This document shows, in pieces, positions 1 through 9,700 of a stretch of 64,000 bases of DNA. The notes beneath the pieces are model-generated. The model did no database searches and was not told the DNA's origin. It saw only the letters and a list, made by a program, of their open reading frames with translations. This DNA is from Akkermansiaceae bacterium (GTDB taxonomy: Bacteria; Verrucomicrobiota; Verrucomicrobiia; Verrucomicrobiales; Akkermansiaceae). A program made the translations under genes and the position numbers. How positions within the stretch are numbered: position 1 is the stretch's first letter; each line of letters starts with the position of its first letter. The stretch spans positions 3,474 through 67,473 of the forward strand of contig JAJQGU010000051.1 in NCBI GenBank assembly GCA_021200315.1, in the 5' to 3' direction.

Positions 1-53
1 CGGAATGGGGGAGAGACCGTTTACGTCTGCAGTTTCGTTCCCCCGGCGGAATA

Positions 54-410
54 TTGAAAACTCGGGTCATGTCCCTCCGCTCCGTCAGCTGTGCGTTCGT
101 CTGCGTCTTCCTGCCGTGGTGCGCATCCTGCTCTCCGGGAGGAAATCCGACGGGAGAGCCGGCCGCCGTGGATCCTCTCTCCGTGGAGGCGCTGCCCTAC
201 CTGCCGCCGGGGACGCCTCGCGCCGTGGGGCTGATGGAATTGCCGCCCGACACCCCCTTCCGCTGGGATGACGAGGAATTTTTGGAGAAGATGAAGGAGA
301 AAGCCGCGGCCATGGGGGGCAACACCATCGTGTCCACGGAGGAGGAGCCGCGCCGGGTGCGCGTATTCTATATCCCCGAGGACGAGGGCTCGCACGGCGG
401 CGATGAGTGA
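54..410 (+). CDS. hypothetical small lipoprotein/secreted protein
   Basis: The 118-aa ORF starts at a TTG at 54; the first ATG is at 69. The N-terminus MSLRSVSCAFVCVFLPWCASC looks like a signal peptide ending in a lipobox-like Cys. No family recognised. Confidence 0.4.
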   Translation: MKTRVMSLRSVSCAFVCVFLPWCASCSPGGNPTGEPAAVDPLSVEALPYLPPGTPRAVGLMELPPDTPFRWDDEEFLEKMKEKAAAMGGNTIVSTEEEPRRVRVFYIPEDEGSHGGDE

Positions 411-485
411 TTCGGTCTTTTCCCGCCGCGCCGGGTGTCGAAGACGGATTTTGCCGTTGACAAGACGGCCGCGGGGATGCTATAA

Positions 486-890
486 ATGCGGGCAGAGATG
501 CTTCAGGAATATTTTTCAGCGTTGATCCAGTGTATCGCGGGCTTCGGCTTCGCTGGGCTCGTGCTCGTGCTGAGTGTGGTTTTCGGACGCCGGGCGAGGC
601 ACCGCCGGCCGGCCGGCATTCCCTACGAATGCGGCATTGTGCCGAGCGGGGACGGAGCGCCCGCGTTCTTCGTGCGCTTCTATCTGGTGGCGGCGCTTTT
701 TCTGGTGTTTGATCTCGAAGTGGTGTTCCTTTATCCCTGGGCGCTGACGTTCCGGGAAGTCGTGATGAACAACTCCGAGGCGTTCATCGCGATGGCGCTG
801 TTCATCGCCCTGCTGCTCGTCGCCTACGTGTATGCGCTGGCGAAGGGCGCGCTCGTCTGGCACAAGAATCCCGTGCCGCCCCGGGCTTGA
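486..890 (+). CDS. nuoA: NADH-quinone oxidoreductase subunit A (ND3 family)
   Basis: 134 aa with three TM segments. NuoA hallmarks are present: GIPYECG, RFYLVAALFLVFDLEVVFLYPWA. Confidence 0.85.
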   Translation: MRAEMLQEYFSALIQCIAGFGFAGLVLVLSVVFGRRARHRRPAGIPYECGIVPSGDGAPAFFVRFYLVAALFLVFDLEVVFLYPWALTFREVVMNNSEAFIAMALFIALLLVAYVYALAKGALVWHKNPVPPRA

Positions 891-913
891 ATTGAACGGG
901 GCGCCCCTGTGCG

Positions 914-1933
914 ATGTTCCTTCCGCCTTTCCGCCTTGCGCTGGCCGCATTGCTCTGTCTTTCCGCGCTGCGGGGAGAGGAGGAGATCGGCATATCGGAG
1001 CGGGGACTCCGCCTGACGGTCGACGCCAAACAGGCGGTGAACACAGCGTGCTGCACTTTTCGGAGCGGGAAATGGGTGGGAGCGGCTCTGATGAATGGGA
1101 TGGTGTGCGAAGGGATCCTTCTGTTGCCCGAACCAGGGGCGGTAGCTTCCGATGAGGAACTGCGCGCGAAATTGGACGCCCTCATGCCCGGGCTGACTTG
1201 GTCTGCGGACAAATGCCGCGGCGAGTCCTGCACGGGCGCAATTATGCCCTATGCGGCGGGCGCCGTGCTGTACGATGAGGAAGCGCGCCAAAAGGCGCAC
1301 GGCAGGAAAGAGATGAAGCAGCCCATCCTGGGCATGCCGCTTTCCCAAGCCGCCCTTCGGCTGGGAGTGCCCGAGGGGTATGCTCAAGGGTGCCTCACAT
1401 GGAGGGGAAACGCCGTTCTGCTGCGCATTCCCCTGGGAAAATACGAGGTCACTTTCGTGGAATGGCGGCACGTCAAACTCAAGAAGCTCTCCGACAGAAA
1501 GGCGGTTCAGCTCGCTTCGGACGCTCTTTCCCTTCCGCTGCGTTTCTCAGCCGCTTCCCGGAGGAAAGCGAGCGAATCGTCCGAGGAGAGCAGGATCCTG
1601 GCACGCTCGAAAGACACCTCGCCCTTGTTCTTATTGGCTGAAAGAGCGAAGTCGGAGTGGCCTTTCGCCGTGTGCTTGAGCGGTATGCAAAACCGAAGCG
1701 GCAACAGTATCGGGGGATTGATCACCTTTCCCTCCCCTGCGCACAGGACGTCCGAACGCGGGGCGAACGAACGCCCCGAGGTACAGAACGACCCAGCGGA
1801 GCGGAAGGCCGAGTCTGACGCCGACAAGACCGCTCCCCCGCGGAAGCACGCGGATCTGCTGGAGCTCTTCCTGAAGAGCCTCGAGCTCTCCCCCGCCGAA
1901 GAGGAAGGGGATGAGACTGCGCGGATGCGCTGA
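914..1933 (+). CDS. hypothetical secreted protein
   Basis: 339-aa ORF with N-terminal signal-like MFLPPFRLALAALLCLSALRG and a charged Ser/Glu/Arg-rich C-terminal half. No family recognised. Confidence 0.5.
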   Translation: MFLPPFRLALAALLCLSALRGEEEIGISERGLRLTVDAKQAVNTACCTFRSGKWVGAALMNGMVCEGILLLPEPGAVASDEELRAKLDALMPGLTWSADKCRGESCTGAIMPYAAGAVLYDEEARQKAHGRKEMKQPILGMPLSQAALRLGVPEGYAQGCLTWRGNAVLLRIPLGKYEVTFVEWRHVKLKKLSDRKAVQLASDALSLPLRFSAASRRKASESSEESRILARSKDTSPLFLLAERAKSEWPFAVCLSGMQNRSGNSIGGLITFPSPAHRTSERGANERPEVQNDPAERKAESDADKTAPPRKHADLLELFLKSLELSPAEEEGDETARMR

Positions 1934-2659
1934 TTACCGCATGTCATCCCGGACGGGGAAGAGAAAATAGAGGGTTTTATCCGGCTCGTCGCGCAGGAGG
2001 TAATGCCACCATTCGGCGGAATAATTCCGGAAGCCGTGCGCCTCCATGACCTGGCGGAGAAGATGGCGGTTCTTCCTCTGGGCGGGGGAAACGGCGCCGC
2101 TGTCCGTGGCTGAGACGGGGTCGAGCAGATCATGGTGACCGCCCATGTCGAGGTCTCTGCCCGTCTTCAGGTCGAAGAGACCGACATCGACGGCGACGCC
2201 CCGGGAGTGCTCGGAAATATCGTGCGTGTAGCCGTGCTCGAAGATCTGCTTTTTGCTGATGCGGGGATAGAAGCGGGTGCGCATCTTCCGGTCGGAGGAA
2301 TCGCGTCCCCACGCGGCGATGTCCCGCATGGCCGTGTGCGGACGGTAGGCGTCGTAGATGACGAGGCCGCAACCGTGGCGGGCGAATTCCTCTGCCGCCG
2401 CCCGCAGAGCCTGAGCGGCCTCCGTGCGCAGGATGGCGCGCCTGCCGCGATAGCCGGCTAAGGGACGCCCCACGAAATTGTCGGAGCCGGAGTATTTGAG
2501 ATCGGTGCGCACGCCGGGAACCACCTCGTCCACATACGTGAAGCCGGCGGGCATGGCGGCCGGAGCCTCCCGTTCGGGGCCGCCTCCCGAGCAGTGCGCC
2601 AAGGCCGGCAGGACGAGAGAGAGGCCGAATATTCGGAGCGGGAGAGTCATGGAAGTCAT
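1934..2659 (-). CDS. D-alanyl-D-alanine dipeptidase (M15D, VanX/DdpX family) with signal peptide
   Basis: Motifs YDAYRP, SEHSRGVAVD and AEWWHY are typical of VanX/DdpX zinc dipeptidases. The track start at 2668 is a TTG; ATGs lie at 2659 and 2650. The N-terminus MTLPLRIFGLSLVLPALAHCSGG is signal/lipobox-like. Confidence 0.82.
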   Translation of the reverse strand: MTSMTLPLRIFGLSLVLPALAHCSGGGPEREAPAAMPAGFTYVDEVVPGVRTDLKYSGSDNFVGRPLAGYRGRRAILRTEAAQALRAAAEEFARHGCGLVIYDAYRPHTAMRDIAAWGRDSSDRKMRTRFYPRISKKQIFEHGYTHDISEHSRGVAVDVGLFDLKTGRDLDMGGHHDLLDPVSATDSGAVSPAQRKNRHLLRQVMEAHGFRNYSAEWWHYLLRDEPDKTLYFLFPVRDDMR

Positions 2660-2664
2660 GTGCG

Positions 2665-5600
2665 TCAATCGCGGATGCGGCGGGGGATCTCTGCGTCCTC
2701 GCGGCTCATCTCGCCGAGTACGCGGCGGTATTCCATCGGGAAGACCTTGACGAAGCTGGGCAGAGCGTCGTCAAAATGTTCGAGAATCCAGGAGGCCCGC
2801 TTCGAGCCTGTGAGAGCGGCGTGCTCCTCAATGAGCGAGCGGAGCAGGGCGACGTCCGCCGGCTTCTCGACGGGGTCGAGATCGACCATGCCGAGATTGC
2901 AGCGGAGATCGAAGAGGTGATCTTCGTCCCATACGAAGGCGATGCCGCCGCTCATGCCGGCCCCAAAATTCACCCCCGTTGGGCCGAGAACGATCACGCA
3001 GCCGCCCGTCATATATTCACAGCAGTGGTTGCCTGCGCCTTCGATGACAGCTGATGCGCCGGAGTTGCGCACGGCGAAGCGCTCCCCCACCTGCCCCCGG
3101 ATGAATACCTTGCCCTCGATCGCGCCGTAGAGCAGCACATTGCCAGCGATCACATTTTCGCAGGGCGGGTAGGGCGAACGCTCGAACGGCTTCACCACGA
3201 TCACGCCGCCAGAAAGTCCTTTGCCGAGATAGTCGTTGGCCTGGCCGGTGAGCGTGAGCGTGACGCCGCGGGCGAGGAAGGCTCCGAAGGATTGTCCGGC
3301 GGTGCCGTCGAGCTTGAGGGCGATCGTGCCGTCCGGCAGGCCGCGGTGGCCATATTTGCGGGCGATGAACCAGGAGAGGCGCGCTCCGACGGCGCGGTCG
3401 GTGTTGGAGACGGTGAAGTGAGCCTCCATGGGACGCGCGGTATCGATGCTGTAGCGGGCGAGCGGGAGAATGCGGTCATCATAGGCCGCGGCGGACGCCG
3501 TTCCCTTTCCTGCGCAATGCACAGGCAGGGGACGGCCGCTGAGAATGGCCGAGAAATCGAGACGGCGCGTCTTCCAGTGATTGACCGCGCGCTCGACGCG
3601 CAGCAGATCAGTGCGCCCCACGGCTTCGTCGATCGAGCGCAGCCCCAGGCGGGCGAGAAGCGTGCGCGTCTGCCTCGCGACGAAACGCAGGTAGGTTTCA
3701 ATATATTCGGGCTTTCCCTTGAAACGCTTGCGGAGCTCCGGATCCTGCGTGGCCACTCCCACCGGACAGCAATTTTTATGGCAGACGCGGGCCATGGCGC
3801 AGCCCAGCGCGATGAGAATGGAAGTGGCGAATCCGAATTCCTCCGCCCCCAGCAGGGCTGCCACCACGACATCGCGGCCTGTCTTGATCTGTCCGTCCGC
3901 CTGGAGGCGGATCTTGTCCCGGAGCCCGTTCAGCACGAGAGTCTGATGGGCCTCGGCCACACCCAATTCCCACGGGAGACCCGCATGCTTGATCGATGTG
4001 AGCGGCGAGGCCCCCGTGCCGCCGTCATGGCCGGAAATGAGCACCATGTCGGCACCGCCCTTGGCGACGCCCGCCGCCACCGTGCCGACGCCCGCCTCGG
4101 AAACGAGCTTGACGGAGACGCGCGCTTCAGGATTGGCGCAGCGGAGATCGAAGATGAGCTCGGCGAGATCCTCGATGGAGTAGATGTCGTGGTGCGGGGG
4201 AGGGGAGATGAGCGAAACGCCGGGAGTGGAGTGGCGCACGCGGGCGATCTCTCCGTTCACTTTGGATCCGGGCAGCTGGCCGCCCTCGCCGGGCTTGGCT
4301 CCTTGAGCTACCTTGATCTGGAGCTCGCGGGCATGGGCGAGGTACTCGGCCGTCACGCCGAAGCGGCCCGAGGCGATCTGCTTGACGGCCGAGCAGGCGG
4401 AATCGCCGTTTTCGCGCGGAGCGAAGCGGGCGGGATCTTCGCCGCCCTCCCCGGAGTTGGACATGGCGCCGAGGCGGTTCATGGCGATGGCGATGGCCTC
4501 GTGGGCTTCGCGAGAAATGGAGCCGAAGGACATGGCTCCTGAGACGAAGCGGCTCAGGATGCTTTCTTCGCTTTCCACCTCATCGAGGGGGATGGGGGCA
4601 GTTTCGGCGAAATCGAAGAGGCCGCGGAGGGTGCAGAGCGTTTCTTCCGATTCGCCGACCATGGCGGAGAAGGCCAAAAATCGGTCGTAGTCCCCATGGC
4701 GCAGGGAACGCTGGAATTCTCCGATGGCCTTGGACGTCCAGATGTGCTTTTCGGCGTCCTTCCCCCTGCGGTACTTGAATTCGCCGGAGAGCTCCAGCTC
4801 GCCGCCGCCCCGAAGCTGAAACTCCTTCTTGCGCTCGAAGCGGATCTTCGACTCGAGGGCGATCTCGGGCAGACCGATGCCGCCGATGCGCGAGGCCGCG
4901 CCGGGAAAATAGGCGTCCACCAGCCCGCGGCCGAGACCGACGGCCTCGAATACCTGTGCGCCGCGGTAGCTGCGCAGAGTAGAGATGCCCATTTTGCTCA
5001 TCGTCTTGAGCAGGCCGTGATCGATAGCTTCGAGGTAGTTTTCCAAGGCTTTCGCGGCGGAGAGCCCCTCGCCCAGCTCACCCCGGCGCTGGCGGTCGGT
5101 GATCGTCTCGAGTGCCAGCCATGGGCACACGGCCGTGGCTCCGAAGCCCAGCAGAAGGGCGAAGTGCATCACTTCCCGCGCCTCGCCTGTATCGACGATC
5201 ACGCCGGTGGATGTGCGCAGGCCGAGGCGGGCCAGACGGCGGTTGACGGCGGCCACGGCCAGCAGGGAGGGGATGGGCGCCTCATTGTCGCTGAGGGAGC
5301 GATCGCTCAGAATGAGAATGCGGAATCCCCGCTTGACGCAGAGCTCCGCCTGCCTCGCTGTCTCTTCGAGCGCCTCTTCCAGACCGCGTTCGGAAAAGGG
5401 GGAGAAGCCCAGGGAGAGGGTGGCGCTGCGGAAATCCTGCTCGCGGCATTCCTTGAGGCGATCGAGGTCGCCTGAGGTGAGGACGGGGCGCTCCAGGCGG
5501 ATGATGCGCGCCATGCGGGGCGATTCCTCCAAGATGTTGGGAGGGTTGCCGATGTAGGTGGTCAGCGACATCACGAGTTCTTCGCGGATGGGGTCGATGG

Positions 5601-7185
5601 GCGGGTTGGTCACCTGGGCGAAAAGTTGCTTGAAGTAATTAAACAGTAGCTGAGGACGTTCAGAAAGAACAGCCAGCGCGGCATCGTTGCCCATCGAAGC
5701 GAGAGGATCCTGCCCGGTGGCGGCCATGGGGTCGAGAAAAGCGTCGATTTCATCCTTCGTGTAGCCGAAGAGCGTCTGACGCGCCAACAGAGTTCCGGCG
5801 TCCACTTCGGGGGCTGTGATGGAATCGAAGAAGCCTCGGATGTGGATGCGGTTTTCTTGGCACCATCGGCGGTATGGGCGGCGGCGGGCGATGAGAGTCT
5901 TGATTTCCGCGTCATAGCTGACGCGGCCCGCGGCGAAGTTGATCCACAGCATCTGGCCGGGGCGCAGGCAGCCGCGTTCGACTACGTCCGCGGGATCCGT
6001 GTCTACGACGCCGGCTTCGCTGGCCAGGACGAGGAGGCCGCTGCGGGAGAGCTCGTAGCGCATGGGGCGCAGGCCGTTGCGGTCCACCATGGCGCCGGCT
6101 CCCTCGCCGTCGGTGAAGCATACGGCGGCGGGCCCGTCCCAAGGTTCCATGATGCCGGAGTGGTAATCGAAGAAGCCCCGCACATCTTCGCCCATGAAGT
6201 ATTTTTTCCCCCACGCCTGGGGAATGAGCATCATCATCGCGTGGGGAAGCGAGCGGCCGCCGGCGGCGAGCAGCTCGAGCGCGTTGTCGAGGCTGGCGGA
6301 ATCGCTCTGACCCGGGCGGATGACGGGCAGAATGCGGCGGATGTCGTCTCCGAAAAGAGGAGAAGCGAGAGCCTGCTCGCGGGCGCTCATCTGGTTGAGA
6401 TTGCCGCGCAGGGTGTTGACTTCGCCGTTGTGGGCGAGGTAGCGGAAGGGGTGGGCAAGGGACCAAGAGGGAAACGTATTCGTGGAATAGCGCTGATGGA
6501 CGATGGCCACGGCCGATTCGAAGAGGGGGTCGGTGAGATCGACGTAGAAGCGCGGAAGCTGGGGTGCTTTCAGAAGCCCTTTGTAGACAATCGTGCGGCA
6601 AGAAAGGCTCGGAATGTAGAAAGCGCCGCCCAAGGCAGGGGAGTCGGCGTCCGCCGCATTCTCGATGCTGCGGCGCAGAATGTAGAGACCGCGCTCGAAG
6701 GCGGCGGAATCAGCGGGCTCTTCGTCCGGCATCAGGAAAGCCTGCTCGATCCGCGGTGCGGATTCGCGGGCCTGGCGCCCGATGGACGAGGGGTTGACGG
6801 GAACTTCCCGCCAGCCGAGCAGGGCGTACCCCGCTTCTCCCGCTACGCGGGCTATCAAAGCCTTGCAGGCGCGGCACGGCTCCTCGTCCCGGGGGAGAAA
6901 CAGGACGGCTATGGCGTACCGCCCCGGCGCAGGAAGCTCGAAGTCCTCCACCCGCGCTGCGAAGAAGCGATGAGGAATCTGCATCAGCAGGCCGGCGCCG
7001 TCTCCCGTTTCGGGATCGCTGCCGGCCGCTCCGCGATGCAGGAGGCGCTCCAGCACGGTGATGCCCTTGAGCACCACATCGTGCGAGGCGCGCCCATGGA
7101 CGTCGGCCACCATGCCGACGCCGCAGGCGTCATGTTCATAAACCGGATTGTACAACCCGCGGGGGCGGGGCAAGGAGCTGTTCAT
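2665..7185 (-). CDS. gltB: glutamate synthase large subunit
   Basis: About 1500 aa. It has an N-terminal Ntn amidotransferase start (YEHDACGVGM), a central domain, an FMN/Fe-S domain and a C-terminal GXGXG beta-helix. The likely start is the ATG at 7185 (MNSSLPRPRGLYNP), not the ORF start at 7284. Confidence 0.95.
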   Translation of the reverse strand: MNSSLPRPRGLYNPVYEHDACGVGMVADVHGRASHDVVLKGITVLERLLHRGAAGSDPETGDGAGLLMQIPHRFFAARVEDFELPAPGRYAIAVLFLPRDEEPCRACKALIARVAGEAGYALLGWREVPVNPSSIGRQARESAPRIEQAFLMPDEEPADSAAFERGLYILRRSIENAADADSPALGGAFYIPSLSCRTIVYKGLLKAPQLPRFYVDLTDPLFESAVAIVHQRYSTNTFPSWSLAHPFRYLAHNGEVNTLRGNLNQMSAREQALASPLFGDDIRRILPVIRPGQSDSASLDNALELLAAGGRSLPHAMMMLIPQAWGKKYFMGEDVRGFFDYHSGIMEPWDGPAAVCFTDGEGAGAMVDRNGLRPMRYELSRSGLLVLASEAGVVDTDPADVVERGCLRPGQMLWINFAAGRVSYDAEIKTLIARRRPYRRWCQENRIHIRGFFDSITAPEVDAGTLLARQTLFGYTKDEIDAFLDPMAATGQDPLASMGNDAALAVLSERPQLLFNYFKQLFAQVTNPPIDPIREELVMSLTTYIGNPPNILEESPRMARIIRLERPVLTSGDLDRLKECREQDFRSATLSLGFSPFSERGLEEALEETARQAELCVKRGFRILILSDRSLSDNEAPIPSLLAVAAVNRRLARLGLRTSTGVIVDTGEAREVMHFALLLGFGATAVCPWLALETITDRQRRGELGEGLSAAKALENYLEAIDHGLLKTMSKMGISTLRSYRGAQVFEAVGLGRGLVDAYFPGAASRIGGIGLPEIALESKIRFERKKEFQLRGGGELELSGEFKYRRGKDAEKHIWTSKAIGEFQRSLRHGDYDRFLAFSAMVGESEETLCTLRGLFDFAETAPIPLDEVESEESILSRFVSGAMSFGSISREAHEAIAIAMNRLGAMSNSGEGGEDPARFAPRENGDSACSAVKQIASGRFGVTAEYLAHARELQIKVAQGAKPGEGGQLPGSKVNGEIARVRHSTPGVSLISPPPHHDIYSIEDLAELIFDLRCANPEARVSVKLVSEAGVGTVAAGVAKGGADMVLISGHDGGTGASPLTSIKHAGLPWELGVAEAHQTLVLNGLRDKIRLQADGQIKTGRDVVVAALLGAEEFGFATSILIALGCAMARVCHKNCCPVGVATQDPELRKRFKGKPEYIETYLRFVARQTRTLLARLGLRSIDEAVGRTDLLRVERAVNHWKTRRLDFSAILSGRPLPVHCAGKGTASAAAYDDRILPLARYSIDTARPMEAHFTVSNTDRAVGARLSWFIARKYGHRGLPDGTIALKLDGTAGQSFGAFLARGVTLTLTGQANDYLGKGLSGGVIVVKPFERSPYPPCENVIAGNVLLYGAIEGKVFIRGQVGERFAVRNSGASAVIEGAGNHCCEYMTGGCVIVLGPTGVNFGAGMSGGIAFVWDEDHLFDLRCNLGMVDLDPVEKPADVALLRSLIEEHAALTGSKRASWILEHFDDALPSFVKVFPMEYRRVLGEMSREDAEIPRRIRD

Positions 7186-7257
7186 GTTTCTGTGCTGTTT
7201 TTCTGGATGGCTTCGGGAAAATCGTGCTCCGGGAGAACCGGAGGAAAGTGTGCGCGG

Positions 7258-7292
7258 AAAAACCGGCCGCATGTGCCGTTCCATGCGGCCGG
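7258..7292 (-). terminator. intrinsic terminator downstream of glnN
   Basis: On the minus strand there is a perfect 11-bp stem CCGGCCGCATG / CATGCGGCCGG with an 8-nt loop, followed by TTTTT. It begins 23 nt after the glnN stop. Confidence 0.6.
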
Positions 7293-7314
7293 GGCGCGGC
7301 TCTGCGTCCGCAGG

Positions 7315-9426
7315 TCAGACGAAGAGCAGCTGATCGTAGTTCGGCACGGGCCACAGGGCGTCGTCCGTGGCTTTTTCGAGGAGATCGACGACTCGGCGGG
7401 CTTCCGCAAGCGCCTTCTTGATTTCCCCGCAGCCTTGTGTGCGGGATTTGCGGAGAGTGTCCAGGATGCCGGGAAGCTGCTCGTAGAGGCCGCCCACCTT
7501 CTCCAGCGTAGCCACGGCGGCGGAGAGGCCGGCACCGACGCCGCTGGCTCTGATGGCCGCGACCGTCTGCGCCAGCTCCTTCACCTGTCTGGCCGCTGCG
7601 GGCATGTACTGCGTTTCGATCATGTCGATGGCAGTCTTGGCCTCGATGGCCAGTTCCTTCACGTAGATTTCGTATTGCACCTCTTTGCGGGCCTTGAGTT
7701 CCGCCTCGCTCATCACGCCGTATTTGGCGAAGAGCGCGAGCGTTCCGGGCCGGTCGAGCACCTCGAGAGCTTCGAGCGTGGTGCGGAGATGCGGAAGTCC
7801 CCGGCGCTCCGCCTCTTGAACCCAGGCGTCGTTGTAGCCGTCGCCGTTGAAAATGACGCGCTCGTGCTTCACGATGATGTCCTGCAGCAGATTCTGCAGC
7901 GTCTGCCGGAACTCGGGCTTGCCCGCCACGGGCTCGAGCGCGCCGGCGATCTCGTCGAGCGCTTCAGCCACGATCGTGTTGAGAACCGTCATCGGCCAGG
8001 CGCACGTCTGGGAGGAACCGACGGCACGGAACTCGAATTTGTTGCCCGTAAAGGCAAACGGGGACGTCCTGTTGCGGTCGGTCGTGTCTTTCGGCAGATC
8101 GGGGATGGTGTCCACTCCCACATTCATCGTGCCCATGCTGCGCGAGGAGCGGGCGCCCCCGTGCTTGATTTGCTGTACGATTTCCTCGAGCTGGTCACCC
8201 AGGAAGATCGAGATGATGGCGGGGGGAGCCTCGTTGGCGCCGAGACGGTGATCGTTGCCGAGTTTCGAGATCGAGGCGCGGAGCACGTCGGCATGGGTGT
8301 CTATGGCCTTGATCACGGCGGCAATGAAGGTGAGAAAGAGCGCATTTTCATGTGGCGTGGCTCCGGGGCTGAAGAGACTCCCCAGACCGTCCGCGCTGAG
8401 CGACCAGTTGTTGTGTTTGCCCGAGCCGTTGATGCCGGCGAAGGGCTTTTCATGCAGCAGACACACGAGGCCGTGCTTGGCGGCCTCCTTGCGCAGAACC
8501 TCCATGATGAGCATGTTGTGATCCACTGCAAGATTGAGTTCCTCGAACGTGGGGGCGATCTCGAACTGCCCGGGCGCCACTTCGTTATGGCGCGTCTTGG
8601 CTGGGATGCCCAAACGCCACAAGTCATGATCCACAGCAGTCATGTATTCGAGAATGCGATCTTTGATGCAGCCGAAATAGTGATCCTCCATCTGCTGATG
8701 CTTCGGCGGCACGTTGCCGAACAGCGTCCGGCCGCACATGATGAGATCGGGACGCTTCTTGTAGAGTTCCCGATCCACGAGAAAATACTCCTGCTCGGCG
8801 CCGAGGTTCGAGACGACGTCTACGCCCAGCCTGCCGAAGCAGGCCAAGACCCGCGCCGCGTGCTTCGAGACGACGTTCATGGAGCGGAGCAGAGGCGTCT
8901 TCTTGTCGAGGGCCTCGCCGTTGTACGAGCAGAAGGCCGTGGGAATGCACAGCGTCGCGCTGTGAGGAGTGCGCTTGATGAAGGCCGGGCTCGTGGGATC
9001 CCATGCCGTGTAGCCGCGAGCTTCGAACGTGGCGCGCAGACCGCCTGAGGGGAAGGAGGAAGCGTCCGGCTCCCCTTGGACGAGGCTCTTGCCCGTGAAT
9101 TCGAGAAGGAGGTTGCCTTCTTTGTCGGGTTCGAGAAAGGCGTCATGCTTCTCGGCGGTGGAACCGGTCAGCGGCTGGAACCAGTGCGTGTAGTGCGTCG
9201 CGCCGTTGTCCACGGCCCACTGCTTCATGGCCTGCGCTACTTCATTGGCGATGCTCGGATCGAGCTTGCGTCCGAGCTTGAGAGTCGACATGAGTTTGTT
9301 GAACACCCCCTTCGAGAGGTAGGTGCGCATCGTTTTGATGTTGAAAACATCGCATGCATACTGATCCTGGAGCTGCAGGCAGGGCGACGTTTCCGTCCGG
9401 CTGGTGGTGCTTTCTTTGGCTGTCAT
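7315..9426 (-). CDS. glnN: glutamine synthetase type III
   Basis: 703 aa and collinear with GSIII as I recall it from Bacteroides GlnN: [77 protein letters not shown]. Confidence 0.9.
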   Translation of the reverse strand: MTAKESTTSRTETSPCLQLQDQYACDVFNIKTMRTYLSKGVFNKLMSTLKLGRKLDPSIANEVAQAMKQWAVDNGATHYTHWFQPLTGSTAEKHDAFLEPDKEGNLLLEFTGKSLVQGEPDASSFPSGGLRATFEARGYTAWDPTSPAFIKRTPHSATLCIPTAFCSYNGEALDKKTPLLRSMNVVSKHAARVLACFGRLGVDVVSNLGAEQEYFLVDRELYKKRPDLIMCGRTLFGNVPPKHQQMEDHYFGCIKDRILEYMTAVDHDLWRLGIPAKTRHNEVAPGQFEIAPTFEELNLAVDHNMLIMEVLRKEAAKHGLVCLLHEKPFAGINGSGKHNNWSLSADGLGSLFSPGATPHENALFLTFIAAVIKAIDTHADVLRASISKLGNDHRLGANEAPPAIISIFLGDQLEEIVQQIKHGGARSSRSMGTMNVGVDTIPDLPKDTTDRNRTSPFAFTGNKFEFRAVGSSQTCAWPMTVLNTIVAEALDEIAGALEPVAGKPEFRQTLQNLLQDIIVKHERVIFNGDGYNDAWVQEAERRGLPHLRTTLEALEVLDRPGTLALFAKYGVMSEAELKARKEVQYEIYVKELAIEAKTAIDMIETQYMPAAARQVKELAQTVAAIRASGVGAGLSAAVATLEKVGGLYEQLPGILDTLRKSRTQGCGEIKKALAEARRVVDLLEKATDDALWPVPNYDQLLFV

Positions 9427-9473
9427 GAGTCTGTTCGGTCGACTTGGATGGAAGGCGGCCTCCCCTTTTTATA

Positions 9474-9489
9474 AGCAGGAAGCGTGCCA
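9474..9489 (-). promoter_or_regulatory. sigma54-type (-24/-12) promoter upstream of glnN
   Basis: The minus strand reads TGGCACGCTTCCTGCT, against the consensus TGGCACG-N4-TTGC. The GG and GC elements are correctly spaced, about 48 nt upstream of the glnN ATG. Confidence 0.55.
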
Positions 9490-9570
9490 ACTTTTCGACA
9501 AGTGCCGCGAATCGCCCGATGCTCCGGGAGAAAAAGTTTTCCGCCGGAGACGGCTGAAAAATCAGCGCTG

Positions 9571-9625
9571 ACAAAAATGTAAGCTTTCTCTCTAAAGCAC
9601 ACAAAAACGTAAGACAAAATTGTCG
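9571..9625. promoter_or_regulatory. tandem direct repeats, candidate upstream activator sites for the glnN sigma54 promoter
   Basis: ACAAAAATGTAAG (9571-9583) and ACAAAAACGTAAG (9601-9613) lie 30 bp apart, with a partial third copy ACAAAATTGTCG at 9614-9625. They sit 80-150 bp upstream of the -24/-12 element. Confidence 0.35.
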
Positions 9626-9700
9626 TTTTTTCTCTTCCTGTCCGGAGAGGGGAAGGTGGCGGAATATTTGCCCGCCCTTCCTGTGCCGGAGAGCGGTGGA

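Noticed and set aside
5842-9048. A 1068-aa plus-strand ORF spanning the antisense of both gltB and glnN and the spacer between them.
   Set aside because: Both minus-strand genes have unmistakable full-length homology. The plus-strand translation is Ala/Gly/Arg/His-rich with no recognisable domain. Long stop-free antisense frames are expected in ~60% G+C coding DNA.
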